64,000 nt of DNA from Blepharisma stoltei ATCC 30299 (Eukaryota > Protista > Ciliophora). Below are positions 1-12,104 of this stretch, one piece after another. The first letter of the stretch is position 1, and every line of letters begins with the position of its first letter. The stretch is from positions 248,001-312,000 of the forward strand of contig CBFDEM010000057.1 in NCBI GenBank assembly GCA_965603825.1, read 5' to 3'. A program made the translations under genes and the position numbers. Under the pieces are notes generated by a model. That model saw only the letters and a program-made list of their open reading frames with translations. It ran no database searches and was not told the DNA's origin.

Positions 1-558
1 CATCATCTTATATAGTCTTTGCCGAAGTGATATATTTTCAGTGTCGTTTCTGCCTGATGATGAATGTGTATTTTTGAAAAAATCAATAAAGTCTTTAACT
101 GTCTCGCTAACATTATCTAAAGATAAGGATGAAGCTGTTCTTCTGTGTCCAATTAAGGAAAAGTTTCTTGTGCTTTGTCGAGAGTGAAAATAAGGTTTTG
201 GGATTTCAGACGATAGTTTTATTATATCTTTGCCTGGAGATTTTGGAATTTTTCTTGATTTTTTTTTGGTTTTTAGTTTAGGAGCTGGATAAAAGCTGAT
301 ATTTTGTGAGGTGTTAGGAATTGCAGTACTTTTTGGAGAAGTAAGAGTAGTGGCTGAATCGTTGATGGAGGAAATTTCGTTGAGGTATTTTTTAAGCATG
401 CGGGGAGATAATTTTGGAGAGTTTTTTTTTGAGTGGGAAATTGATGTTTCTATACTGAGAGGAGATAATGGACCACTTGGAGAAATTTCTAAGCTGGGCA
501 TCGAAGCTGCTCGGTTATGTGTATTTTTTGGAGTATTGAACAATTGGCTATATGACAT
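1..558 (-). CDS. 5' part of an uncharacterised Ser/Pro/Lys-rich protein; runs off the window start
   Basis: ATG at 558 after an AT-rich leader. The frame MSYSQLFNTPKNTHNRAASMPSLEISPSG...RQRLYKMM stays open for 186 codons to position 1. Not in the ORF track because it has no stop in the window. Confidence 0.75.
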   Translation of the reverse strand, partial: MSYSQLFNTPKNTHNRAASMPSLEISPSGPLSPLSIETSISHSKKNSPKLSPRMLKKYLNEISSINDSATTLTSPKSTAIPNTSQNISFYPAPKLKTKKKSRKIPKSPGKDIIKLSSEIPKPYFHSRQSTRNFSLIGHRRTASSLSLDNVSETVKDFIDFFKNTHSSSGRNDTENISLRQRLYKMM

Positions 559-1046
559 ATTAAAATAAATATATATTTTGAGATATTAAGAAAATCTTTA
601 TTTAATAGATGAAATAAGTTTGGCGATCATAAACAAACTAAGAACTTATCTTGCTTGGAAAGTCATTTTTTTACATTAATATTTTGTGTAAGTATTGCTA
701 TTATTTACACAAAGGATTAAAAGTAGATAATTTTAATGCTTTCAATCAAAGCTAATGATTTCATATACTTTAAATTTTCAGGCCTTTAAGATTTATATTC
801 TATAAATGCAATTTTATGCTTGGTTGGAGTTTATAATGCTAAAATTGCTTAAATTACTTGTGCCTTCTATGAGGTTATCTCTTAAAAGAATGATTGGAGG
901 TCAAAAGATTCCCTGAAAGGCATACATTTTTTAGATTTTAATTCAAAATATATGTACATGTGCAAAACTATAAATAATACTGCTAATAGCAATAAAATTA
1001 TTAAAATACATATAACAAAATAAATTATAAAGAAAATTTGATATAA

Positions 1047-2495
1047 ATGGGAAGGAACAAAAATCGTCACTCTAAAGACAAAATGTATGTAACAGTAACA
1101 GAGCATCAGCAAGACTGAGGAGGCAAGAAAGCTCATGCTCCAAAATCTAACTTCATTCGTCTACCTTTTTATTGCTGCGCACTTAGTCTAACTCCATTCT
1201 CCAATCCATACTGCACTAAGGAAGGCATCATATTTGATTTAATTCACATTATTCCTTACCTCAAAAAATACAAACGAAATCCAGCAACAGGTGAAACTCT
1301 CCACATGAGAGAATTGATAAAATTGAATTTTTCTCAAAATTCTGAAGGAAAATATCATTGCCCTGTCACTTACAAAGTTTTCAATGAAAATTCTTATATA
1401 GTTGCTATCAAAAAAACTGGAAACGTCTACAGTAATGAAGCTATAGATTCCTTGTGTAGAAAACAAAATAATTGGAAAGATCTATTAACAGATGAAGAAT
1501 TTTCCCCAAATGATATCATTATACTGCAAGATCCATTAAGACCAAAAGATGTTTCATCGCTTTTTCATATGAAGAATCCAAACCCTCCTGAAGCCAATCA
1601 CAAGTCAAAAGAAGTAAAATCTAGCCAAGGAGAAGGACCAAAACATGAGCGGTTTACAACTGGCATGACAGCAGCTTCATTTACGTCTACTTCTTTTGAC
1701 CCACATACAGAAAACGAGCTCAGAGGACTGACAGAAAATGAAATCAGACAAGAATATTATAGAGAGGTCATAAGAAATAAACTTCAAGGGGAAGCTACTT
1801 TAATCACTACTCATGGCCTACTAAAATTCAGGCTTTTTTGTGATCAAACCCCGATGACTTGTGAGAATTTTCTGACTCTTTGTGAAGAAGGCTATTATAA
1901 TGATACTCCATTCCACAGAAGCATCCCAGGATTTGTGCTGCAAGGAGGAGATCCAAGTGGTACAGGCACAGGTGGGAAAAATATTTTTGGAATCCCTTAT
2001 TTTAAAGATGAACTTTTACCAACCCTCCGCCATGCAAAACGAGGAATGCTCAGCATGGCAAACTCAGGCCCAAATACCAATAAATCTCAGTTCTTTGTCA
2101 CATATAGAGCGACCCCACATTTAGACAATAAGCATACAGTTTTTGGAGAACTAATTGATGGGTTTGTAACTCTTGATGTGCTAGAAGGGCTGTCTACAGA
2201 CTCAGAAGATCGATTCAAAGGCACAGAAGTGAAGATTTTGTCAACAGAAACCCCAAAAAACCCTTTCAAAGATATGAAAGCACAAGTTATTGAGATGAAA
2301 ACTAGAAAAAATGAAGACAAAGAAGAAGACTGGCTAGAAATCCCACAGCCTCTTAATGTCCCCAAGCCAAAAAAAGAAGGGGTTGGGAAATATATCGGCA
2401 CAAATAAATCAAGCGCAAACTTGCCTATAGGAATGTTTGCAGAGTATGACAGCAAAAAAGCATCAAGAACCACTTTTGATTTTAATAATTGGTAA
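1047..2495 (+). CDS. PPIL2: RING/U-box-type E3 ligase-cyclophilin PPIL2 (Cyp60-like)
   Basis: True start at 1047: MGRNKNRHSKDKMYVTVTEHQQD-W(TGA 1116)-GGKK...LPFYCCALSL (U-box). Second U-box HCPVTYKVF. Cyclophilin domain FHRSIPGFVLQGGDPSGTGTGG, SMANSGPNTNKSQFF, HLDNKHTVFG. Confidence 0.93.
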
Positions 2496-2496
2496 T

Positions 2497-3357
2497 TTAT
2501 TTTTCAATCCCAACTAAGCTCATCCCTGTGTCTATGTAGTTTACTTGTGTGTAGTCATCACATTTTTTGAAAAACACTGGAGCGCTGTATCTTTGAGCAA
2601 TAAACTCTAGGTCTTGTCTGTAAATCATATGTATGTCTTTCAAAGACATTGAAAATTTGCCTTCTTTTTGGTCTTCGCTATAAATCCCTATTTTTATGCC
2701 TAGAACATTAATAACTTTTCCATCTGAAACATCGAGTCGCATAGGATTCAATGGGTCTGTGAAATCTCTTAAAAAGTTATGTAGAGGGATTTCCAAAGTG
2801 ACAAATTTCTTAGATTTATCAATAATATGAGCCTAATTTGAATATACTGTGTAGCTAGCCACACTAAATGGCTCTCTTAAGACAAGCTTCAATTGATAGG
2901 GCTGCCCATCAGTTTTAATTGTTATCCGCATCCCATTAAAATGCTTGAATTTTGAAACAGCAACAGCTGCATTTATAATTTCAGCATATAAAGATCCATT
3001 GTAGTCTAGCTCCTTCAGGTTTAAGAGTTCTCCTTCAAAAATCACTATATAATTTCTACATTCATTTCCTTTCATTTTCATAAGGGCTCTAGAGCTTGCG
3101 CCCATTCTATAATCAGTATCAATTTCTCAAAAAAATAAATCTGCTTCTTCTTGGAAATCAAATAGAAGAATATTTTTATCTTTTATTGCTCTTTCATATG
3201 CAGGCTCTGACATACTCAAACTATACTTCAATCCTACTTATTTTGTACTTTGGCGAAACTCTCCTGAATAATGATTGAAGATCTTGGAAAATATCTTAGA
3301 AGAAGCCCTGGCCGAAAGACGTAGTCTTGAAAAAGCAGACCTGAAGTTGCGAAGCAT
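2497..3357 (-). CDS. NDUFAF1: Complex I assembly factor CIA30/NDUFAF1-like, with mitochondrial presequence; 2-3 tiny introns
   Basis: Arg/Ser-rich presequence MLRNFRSAFSRLRLSARASSK. After removing the 15-nt introns and reading TGA=W: F-W-EIDTDYRMGASS...FEGEL...FNGMRITIKTDGQPYQL...VTLEIPLHNF, the CIA30 pattern. Confidence 0.75.
2833..2847 (-). other. 15-nt spliceosomal intron (GTATATTCAAATTAG)
   Basis: GT-AG. Removal deletes an in-frame TAG and joins track ORFs 2833..3105 and 2497..2796. Confidence 0.85.
3045..3059 (-). other. Probable 15-nt intron (GTAGAAATTATATAG)
   Basis: Same length and AT-rich GT-AG form as its neighbours. It is frame-preserving and stop-free, so the frame does not force it. 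Confidence 0.55.
3234..3248 (-). other. 15-nt spliceosomal intron (GTACAAAATAAGTAG)
   Basis: GT-AG. Removal deletes the in-frame TAA and keeps the CIA30 frame. Confidence 0.85.
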
Positions 3358-3406
3358 AATTTTTATGAATAATTCCCCTATTAAGCATTTAAAATTGAAC
3401 TTTTTA

Positions 3407-6031
3407 TTATTTTTTACATATATCTGTAATGCAAACAGGAGATTTGGAATATACAGTTCTCCGAAATGATTGACTGTTTGACTCATATGCTCTGTGCTTT
3501 ATTTCAATTTCAGGTGGTGCCAAGGTCAGCTCTGGAGTTTTAACTTGTTGCTTTCTCAACAAATGCATCAGTCCTGTCCCTTGCAAATGCTCAGTTTGGA
3601 TAGGAGATGCATTTCTAATAACGCTCATAGCTGCAAGTCTTCCTGGTTTCCTCAAATTTTCTTTAAAAATGTTCTCTGAAGAATGGCTTCTGCTTGACTG
3701 TTCATCAAAATTAAATTTTACTACATACCCATTAACAACAGTCCCTGGGTTGCTATTTTTCTCAACTTGTGAAGATTTAATAGGCGGCCTTGGAATTCTT
3801 CTTTTAGACAAAAGTGTAACTTGTTCTTTTTTTGGCTTTGTCCTCAAAGAATTTTCTAAAATTTTAATTTTCTCTTTCTTTTTGATTTTCGGCTTTTTTA
3901 CAACAATTTCCACTTCAAATTCTTCAGCAGCGCTTTGTGAGCTCTCAACACTATCACTATCACTGTCCATGCCATCATCACAAATATCTTCAGACAGAAT
4001 TTGGTTCCACAAGTCTTCTTGATCAAAAATTTGTTCTTGAAAAGTCTCGTCGCTTTGAAAATCTGAATCCTCTATAGTTGGGTATTCAATGCTACTAGGT
4101 GCTTGTTTAGCTTCAGGGTTGAAAAACTTCGTTACAATGTGCTTGGAAAAATCTGATTTTTGGGTCTCAATTTCTTTAAGAAATGTCGAGATATAAACCA
4201 AATTTTTTACAAAAATTTTTATGGACACAAAATTTAAGCAGACTTTGGCGAGCTCAACTCCAAGAGATTCATAGTGAAAAGGCTCCATATGGCAGCTTAT
4301 TCTATCGTCTTCAAAGGGCTCAAGAGTTTCTGGGCCATAAAATGAGGCTTCAATTGTGTAGCTGTTAATGATTTTAAACTGCCTAAATACCACAATTCTT
4401 GCTGTGGATTCTTTGCTTTTTTCCATTTTGAATCGAGAGTCATTATAAGAAAAAAACTGGTTCTTCTCCATTAAAATTGGCACCATTCTGGCTAATAAGT
4501 TTTTTCTTTTATCGGAAGATTCATAAGATTTTATAGAGCAGCCATACATGAAAACATTTCGTTTAGTGGAATGGCCATGCAAGTCACAATATAACATAAC
4601 TTCATGAGTTTCTGAAAAACTCTGCAACATTTTTTTGGTGTAAAAAATAGTTGGGTGGAGTATTTTATTTGGATTAAGCCATCTTCTATTTAAATCTACT
4701 CCAAGCAGTGAAGACCGAGTTTTCCCATATCTTACTCCATCAGGATTTAGCATAGGAACTAGCCTAAAGACATAATGGCTTCTTAATATGCTGGCTTCTT
4801 TCGAATCTCCTAGTAAAAAATCAAGAAACCCTTTCATCATATAAGAAGAAACTGTTTCTCCTGAATGAACTCTGCTGGTAATGACGATCCCTTTTTTGTG
4901 TTTATGCTCAGATTTGAGTGGAGTTGATAGCTGAGATGGCTTGTCAACTCTACTTCTCCTTCGTTTTATAAGCCTTCTTGCTTCATCACTAATATCCCAA
5001 CTGTACATTTCTTCTGTGAAAGGTATATAAGATTCTATATTTTCAGTTATTGTTACCATATAGCATGCATTTCCAGCTATTGTTGAGCACAAACTGTCAA
5101 CTCTTGCAATATTTGGGCTACTTTCTTTAACTTTATCCAAATAATTTGTAAGATCTTGATAAGAATAAGGTTGTGAATAGCAAAAATAGACCTTATCTCC
5201 AGGCTTTTCAAACGTATAGCAAAAGGTCAGCGTGTAATATTTTCCATCAGTGTTTTCTGCAGTTTTAGATCCTTCATAAATTTGATGCTGATTTGGGTAA
5301 TAAGCAACATTAAAACCTGCTCTTTTTCATTGATTTCCGTTCAGCTTACTTTTCGTCAAAGGCAGCATACCGTCATTATACAGGGATTCATATTTTCCTA
5401 AGTTAATGATATTAAACTTCACCGTTACAGGCTTCTTGTTCTTCACACTAAAATAGTACCATTGCGAACTAATTCTCTCCGAGTCACTCTCTAATATAAG
5501 ATTATATTCATTTTCTGCGAGCCGAATTGCTTTCCTTAAATTCCCACTTTCAAACTTACTATTAAATCTGAGAAAAGAATCAGCTGGGACTTCGAGTGTG
5601 TAGTCACAATCCCATGTAGGTTCTGGAGTATAATATTTCAAGTTCAAATAAGCTTCTTTATCAAAAAGGGGCGCTGACTTAAGCTCTTTCTTTAACTTTG
5701 AAGTCAGTGGGAGGTGGCCATCGTGAATAAAACCAGTATTTGATTTAAAAGAACTATCTGTTTTTTTGTGGACTATTGGCTCATCTGCAAATCTCGCCTT
5801 TGAATCGTATACTAAAATACCGTCATATTCGCATCTGAAGTGTTTGGTTTTTAATTTATTTAGTCTCTTTTTAGGGTTTTCTTTATAAGAATATACATTT
5901 GGATCAATATCATAACGGATTGTTTCCTTGGGTGAGCCGTAAGACCATAAGCAATCTTCTGTGCTGCTTGAGTCAGAGTTTTTAGAAATATCTTCAGTGT
6001 TCAGGCGTAAGGTAATTGGCATCACTTTCAT
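3407..6031 (-). CDS. Cytosolic carboxypeptidase (CCP/AGBL/Nna1, peptidase M14D; probable tubulin deglutamylase)
   Basis: FNSKFESGNL, QWYYF, NQ-W(TGA 5327)-KRAG, YTLTFCY, YFCYSQPYSY. Zinc and catalytic motifs RVHSGE, MLNPDG, DLNRRW, DLHGHS, YTIEASF. Start taken as the first in-frame ATG (6031). Confidence 0.9.
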
Positions 6032-7040
6032 TATTGTCTTTTTCAATAAATTTAACTATTTATTTCATAACAATTTAAACAGAGAAATTTCAACAAAAAT
6101 ACACTTTGGAGATTTGGGTTTTGAGACAAGTAATTGTTGATTTATTAAAATTAGGTAAAATTAGAAATCATCTTGAGAATTATAAAATTAAAGTAAAAAT
6201 GTCTTATTCGAGAGGCTATGATTGAGTTTGAGAATGATGATATAATCCGACTCCTACTACTGAGGTCAATGAACAAACTGATTTATTGAGTTATATGTAT
6301 TTCATAGCTATATTTCTAAAATTTAATAAAGATTAACAATAAGACAAGACTTTAAAAAAATTGATCAATCCTAATTCTTCATAAATATACGAAATTTAAT
6401 TTAAGAGATAATTTTGATAAATTATAGCACAAAGATTTGACTATTAAACTATGATAATTCTTTTTCAAATAAAAAAGTGATGTTTACACAAAATCTCAAA
6501 TTTTTCATAGGCTCCATTTATTGAAATTAAGCCTATAAAGCAATTTACGTAATTATACTTTTCTAATAATTTTGAAGAGAAAGACATCCATTCCTTTAAT
6601 AGACACATCAAAATCTTCAACAAAAAAGATTTAAATGAAATGCTGTTAATCAAGCAGTCGACGATAGAATAGTTATTTATGTAAATTCAATAAAGCAAAA
6701 CTGAAGTTATAATATCCATCTCAAATTTATTTAATTTAATTTTATTTATATCACCCAAAGTGATTTAAAATTTAGTAAACTTGAATCAGTAAATTAAAGA
6801 GAACGTTCCAGAAAACTTTATTTAGCTTAATTCTAAAAATTTTTATCTATAAACATTCTCTTATTTTTATAAAAATTATTATAAAGCTACAATGTTATCC
6901 TTAAATATTCCTGTGTTTAGCTTTGCTTCTTTCTTCTTCTCTATTCAATTTCCCTTAATAATTCTTTTAAACTCTTGCTCACTCCACTTTTTTTGCCCAA
7001 TCTATCATATTTCTTATTGAAAAACAGCTAGTAATTTTAC

Positions 7041-7877
7041 ATGACAATCGACGAAAAGACCTTTAGCACCCTACACGCATTAAAAATCTCAATTTGGGTT
7101 GGTATTTTTGTAGGTACTATCACCTTCGGATGCGGATGTGATAAAATTATCTCAAGTTATACAGCTTCCATTATACCGCTTATAGCAGCTTTTATCATCC
7201 TCCCTATAACAGTTCACATGCTACTCTACCGTGTTTGTCCGAATATGCGAACACTTTCAAAACAAATCATTATTGCTTCTGTATACAACTTGGCCTGCGC
7301 CGCAATTATTTTTGCATTTCTGGGCTGCTTGCTTCTGGACGAAGCAATTGACATACCATGGGCTGCAGTTTTTGCACCAGTATGGTATGGGATGGCAATC
7401 CTCTTATTATTTATAATTTTTATGTTCCCTGGGCTCATTCAAAGCGGTAACAACAGAGCTGCATTTCTGATGTGCACATGGTGGATTGGCGTCATGGCTT
7501 TGACAATCTTGTGGGTTTGTCACCTGGATCATGGAACCCCTAGCTTGTTTATATACTGCTGGATTCCTGTGCTTTGTTCAGTTTTTACTCATATAATTGC
7601 ATATGCGAGAGAAAGAATAATACTTAGAAGAGCAAACCCTGATTTGCCGTTCAAATCGAGAGAATTATTCTGTGTATTTATATTGATACCTTTCAGCTTT
7701 GTGACTATGATGAAACTTTATGTGCTAACATGGCTGCCGGCGTTGTTCTTAATTATCCCGATTGCGAAGCTTATGGTTATCTGGCTGTTTTTGGAAGAGA
7801 AGGCTCACTGGGGTTGGTGCAAGGGCTGTTGCGAAAGTAGAGAAGGGAAAGAGAAAAAATATGAATCAGTTTCTTAA
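7041..7877 (+). CDS. Multi-pass membrane protein, TMEM185/FAM11 (Frag-X-F)-like, paralogue 1
   Basis: About 8 hydrophobic helices with a repeated W..VF.P.W motif (IPWAAVFAPVW). C-terminal YESV. Confidence 0.7.
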   Translation: MTIDEKTFSTLHALKISIWVGIFVGTITFGCGCDKIISSYTASIIPLIAAFIILPITVHMLLYRVCPNMRTLSKQIIIASVYNLACAAIIFAFLGCLLLDEAIDIPWAAVFAPVWYGMAILLLFIIFMFPGLIQSGNNRAAFLMCTWWIGVMALTILWVCHLDHGTPSLFIYCWIPVLCSVFTHIIAYARERIILRRANPDLPFKSRELFCVFILIPFSFVTMMKLYVLTWLPALFLIIPIAKLMVIWLFLEEKAHWGWCKGCCESREGKEKKYESVS

Positions 7878-8222
7878 TTAAGTAGGTAATATTTTAACAT
7901 AAACAGTTTCTATAATTAACAAGATTTATTTGCAATTTATATATTATATAAACGCAAAACTTCTTAATAGAATAACTGAATCTGTCATGTGTTCAGCTTA
8001 TATTTTCAGCAATTAAGTGAATAATTAATAATTTCTCGATATTCTTCATTTCAAAATTTTAAAAGCTTTTTCCAAATTCAGACAGAAAATTAAGCTTTAA
8101 ACTTAAATAATTATCTTAGTCTATCATTATTAAGTATACTGAGCTATGATTCTTAAGTTTTTAATCTTATGCTTTAGAGGCTAAATATGCAAAAAACGAA
8201 TATAAAAGCTTAAAAATTTAAT

Positions 8223-9035
8223 ATGATAATTGTTCAAGGCACACTTGTTACACTTCAAGCTCTGAAACTCGGAATATGGGTATCCTTACTTGTAGGAGTC
8301 CTCACACTAGGCTGTGCATGTGATGAAATCATCCCAAGCTTTGCAGTCTCTATCATTCCATTTATAATTGCTCTCACAATCGTCCCAATTTTGATTCATG
8401 TCTTCCTGAACTTTTTATCTCAAGGTGCAAACTTATTTGCAAAACCAATCTTACTATTCTGGGCCTATGCTATTTCAGTCTCACTTATCGTATTTACGAT
8501 CCTAGGGAGCTTATCACTTGACGGTGTCCTTAACCTCTCACTCACAATTGTTTTCAGCCCTCTTTGGTTCGCACTTGCCTGTTTCTTTCTATTTTCAGTA
8601 TTTATCGCTGAAGTGCTTGTAGAAAATGACTATAAAAGAGTGTCTGTTTTATTATTTACATGGACAATCGCGCTTTACATTTTTTCATTTATGTGGATGG
8701 GGCATATAACCAACAAGTCCCCAGGGATTTTTGCGTTTGTGCTGACTCCTATTTATGTCGCGAATCTGATTCACATAATCATGTATGTAAACGAGCTTGT
8801 GAACATGAAAAGAACTTTAGGGACAGTAAATATCAATACTCAAGAACTGCTGTGCATTTTGATGCTCCCTTGTTTTGCAGCTCTGCTGATGGTTAAAATC
8901 TACACAGCGCCTTGAATCCCTGCTTTGACACTTGTAGGGCAATTTGCTGCAGTTTTGATATTCTGCTTTTATAAAGATGCACAAAGCATATGGGTCAGAA
9001 ATGATAATAAAAACAGTTACGAGACGATTTCTTAA
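8223..9035 (+). CDS. TMEM185-like membrane protein, paralogue 2
   Basis: Colinear with paralogue 1. TGA 8913 aligns to TGG Trp (LTWLPA vs TAP-W-IPA). Ends NSYETIS-TAA. Confidence 0.7.
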
Positions 9036-9114
9036 TTAAGTAATTTATATATTTTTATAAAGGGTAACTTTAATCTAATCTAAGTCTATATGCGTTTTTC
9101 ACTATAAAAAATTT

Positions 9115-9930
9115 ATGACAATAGATTCGGGGAGTATAAGGACACTTCACGCGCTCAAATTGACGACCTGGGTAGCGCTTTTTGTGGGTAGCATCTTATT
9201 CGGGTGTGCTTGTAGCGGCTGAATACCTAGCTACACAGCTTCTGTCGTCCCGATTGCAATCGCTTTAATATTGTTCCCGATTATAGTTAATGTGGCTGTA
9301 AATAGCCTCGATATGTATGTGAAGAGGATTTCTAAACAGATTCTGCTTTCCTGTGCATATAACCTCTCCCTATCATGACTGATTTTTGCATTTTTGGGCT
9401 GCTTACTTTTAGACGAAGCTATCGACATTCCTTGGGTATTTGTGTTCGCGCCAGCTTGGTATGGGTTTGCAATTATCTTTTTGTTCACGGTTTACATGGC
9501 TCCTGGCATGATTCAGAAAAAATATTATAGAGCGCTATTATTGATATTTGCATACTGGGTTGCATTGCTGGTTTTCAGCATTTTGTGGATATGCAACATA
9601 GAGTACGACAATCCTAATAACTTTCTTTATGCATGGATACCTGTTGCCGCAGTGCTTGTTTTGCATTTTGTTACTTATATGAAAGAAAGGATTCAGTATA
9701 GAAAAACTCATCCCAACGAAGGCTTCCATACGACCGAGTTTTTCTATGCTATTCTTTCATTGCTGCAGCTCACTGTTATGCTGACACTCCAAATGGAAGT
9801 TCTTACCTGGGTTCCTTCTTTTGTCTTAACAGCACCACTGGTAAAAGCAATGGTGATTTGGCTTTACCTCGAAGAAAAATCGTATTGGGGTTGGGGACAG
9901 TCTGGAAATAAAGGAAAAGAGTATAAATAA
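9115..9930 (+). CDS. TMEM185-like membrane protein, paralogue 3
   Basis: MTIDSGSIRTLHALK start matches paralogue 1. Two internal TGA read as Trp. LLLDEAIDIPW is shared. Confidence 0.7.
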
Positions 9931-9969
9931 GATAAATTTGGTATGCATCTAAAATTTTAATCCATAAAT

Positions 9970-12075
9970 ATGAAGTTTTTCTTGAGAAAAGCTGAGAGAA
10001 AAGCTAAAAGACAAGAAAAAAAAGAAAAAAAGAACAAGCATTATAAAAAGATAAGAGAAAATGAGCCTCCTGAAGAAATTGAAGAAGAAAAAATAATTCC
10101 AAAAAAAGCGAAGCCTGAAAAGAAGCCAAAACAGGAACGAAAATTCTCTGATGATGTGAAGTATTTAGACGCAGAAATTGAAGAATTGGAAAGAAAGCTT
10201 GGAGTGAAATCTTCTAAGTCAAAAGAGTCAGATAAAAACTGGAAAAAATTAAAGAACCACCTTGAGTTAGATGGGTTTGGGGCTGATTTTTATGAGTTCT
10301 TAGAAGGAAAAGCTTTTAAAGAAGAAGATGAAGTCTCTGTGGAAGGATTTAAAGAAGGAGATGAAAGCCCAGAAATCAGCTTAGTTTCTCCAGCTGGGAG
10401 TGAAAACTTTGAAGATGAAGAAAACTTGGATTCTGAAGGCGAAATGAATAGCGAAGATATGGAAGAAAATGACTCATATGAAGAAGACAATATGGAAAAT
10501 GAGGAAGAACAAATGGAAGAAGAAGAAGAAGAGGAAATGGAAGAGGAAGAGGAAGAGGAAGAAGAAGAAGAAGAAGAAGACTATGATAGTGATGCCAGTC
10601 AAGAAAACCCAAGAAAGAAGCAAAAAATTAGCGAAGAGCAGAACAACTCCAAATATATTCCTCCAGCATTAAGAGCAGTGGATTCTACAAAAAAGTTCAA
10701 AGGATTATTAAACAGAATTTCTGACCAAAACATCGAGCCCATTACTGCACAAATTTCAGAGCTCTATAAAACTGAAAGCATGAATATCCTAAATGACAAC
10801 TTGTGGGAATTCCTAGAATCTAGCGTTAATAGCTCAAATATGCCTCCTCAGCTTCTAGCAGTATATTCTGCAGAAATTTCTGCTCTTGGCAGACTTATTG
10901 GTAGAGAAATTCCAGCTTTTATTCTAGATAAATTATTCAATTGTTTATCACTAAACTCCAAGAGTTACCTATCAGTTTGGGGCTATCTTTATTATTTTGA
11001 TGTAATAGGCACTCCAATAATAACTGGACTGATTCGCCATTTAACTGAAAATTTGTCTGAAGACACTTTGGACCTTTTAATTTTGCTATTCAACCTAATT
11101 GGGTTCAAGCTGAGAAAGGATGAGCCAGGAGAGCTGAAAAAAATCATTGATGAAATCAGGGAAAAAGGGAAAAACGTAAAAAGCGATGGGAAGAGGATGA
11201 GTTTTATGCTCGAAACTTTGACTAATATAAAAAACAATAAGAAAATGATAAACCAAACTGAAGACAGATTGAAATTCCTTAAAACATGGCTAAAGAAAAC
11301 TGTAGGGAAGAAAGCAAACGCTAAGGATGCAAAAATAACAGCTAGATGGGAGGATTTAGGCAGCTCTAACTGGAGAAGCTTACTGCAGCCAACTTTTGAA
11401 TTCACAAAAAAATCATCATCTATTGACCCTGAGCTCGAGAAACTGGCTCAGTCCCAGCATATGAACACTGACAACCGTCGGCAAATTTTCAGTTTGATTA
11501 TGTCTTCTGAAGACTATATGGATGCTTTCGCTAAAATATCCAAGTTAAAAAAACAAGAAAGAGATATAGTCAGAGTCATTATTACTTGCTGTGGGCAAGA
11601 ACTTGCGTATAATCAATTTTATGCTTTACTAGCTAGTCAATTGTGCATTGATAAGCCTTCATACAAATATTCTTTTCAATATGCCCTATGGGATAACCTA
11701 AAGCAGCTTCACGAATTTTCTGTCAGAAAAATCTCAAATATTGCCAAACTCTATGCCTATATGATCAAAACAGAAAGCATGGGGCTGGGATGTCTAAAGG
11801 CTGTAGACTTCGACAGCCTGAACGACAATTTATCAATGTTTTTAAGGATTTTATTAGAAAACATACTTTTAGCAGACGAAAGCATAATAGCAAAGATCTT
11901 TTACAAGGTTGGGAGTAATGAAAAACTTAAGGCACTAGCTGAGGGGTTGAAAGTATTTCTAAAATTCGCAATTTTAAATCATCCAAGAAAAGGGTTTATA
12001 GAGCAGCTGGGTAATGAAAATATTTTCAAAGAAAAAATCAAGGCTGCAAGAGATTTATTAAAAGGAATCTCATAA
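9970..12075 (+). CDS. NOM1: Nucleolar MIF4G/MA3 protein NOM1/Sgd1
   Basis: Basic then acidic N-terminus, KYIPPALR, MIF4G (GLLNRISDQNI...LRKDEPGELK), MA3 (MNTDNRRQIFSLIMSSEDYMDAF, CCGQELAYNQFY, SFQYALWD). Confidence 0.85.
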   Translation: MKFFLRKAERKAKRQEKKEKKNKHYKKIRENEPPEEIEEEKIIPKKAKPEKKPKQERKFSDDVKYLDAEIEELERKLGVKSSKSKESDKNWKKLKNHLELDGFGADFYEFLEGKAFKEEDEVSVEGFKEGDESPEISLVSPAGSENFEDEENLDSEGEMNSEDMEENDSYEEDNMENEEEQMEEEEEEEMEEEEEEEEEEEEEDYDSDASQENPRKKQKISEEQNNSKYIPPALRAVDSTKKFKGLLNRISDQNIEPITAQISELYKTESMNILNDNLWEFLESSVNSSNMPPQLLAVYSAEISALGRLIGREIPAFILDKLFNCLSLNSKSYLSVWGYLYYFDVIGTPIITGLIRHLTENLSEDTLDLLILLFNLIGFKLRKDEPGELKKIIDEIREKGKNVKSDGKRMSFMLETLTNIKNNKKMINQTEDRLKFLKTWLKKTVGKKANAKDAKITARWEDLGSSNWRSLLQPTFEFTKKSSSIDPELEKLAQSQHMNTDNRRQIFSLIMSSEDYMDAFAKISKLKKQERDIVRVIITCCGQELAYNQFYALLASQLCIDKPSYKYSFQYALWDNLKQLHEFSVRKISNIAKLYAYMIKTESMGLGCLKAVDFDSLNDNLSMFLRILLENILLADESIIAKIFYKVGSNEKLKALAEGLKVFLKFAILNHPRKGFIEQLGNENIFKEKIKAARDLLKGIS
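10500..10580 (+). repeat. GAA/GAG microsatellite encoding poly-Glu in NOM1
   Basis: gaagaagaagaggaa... tract, in frame. Confidence 0.8.
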
Positions 12076-12104
12076 TTAACACAATTTTTTAAAATTTTAA
12101 GATA

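Noticed and set aside
311-568. Track ORF 311..568 (+) and similar antisense or shadow ORFs (e.g. 882..1136, 2087..2473, 10992..11405, 31646..32071, 44086..44367, 53340..53666)
   Set aside because: They lie opposite or out of frame to well-supported genes and have no motifs of their own.
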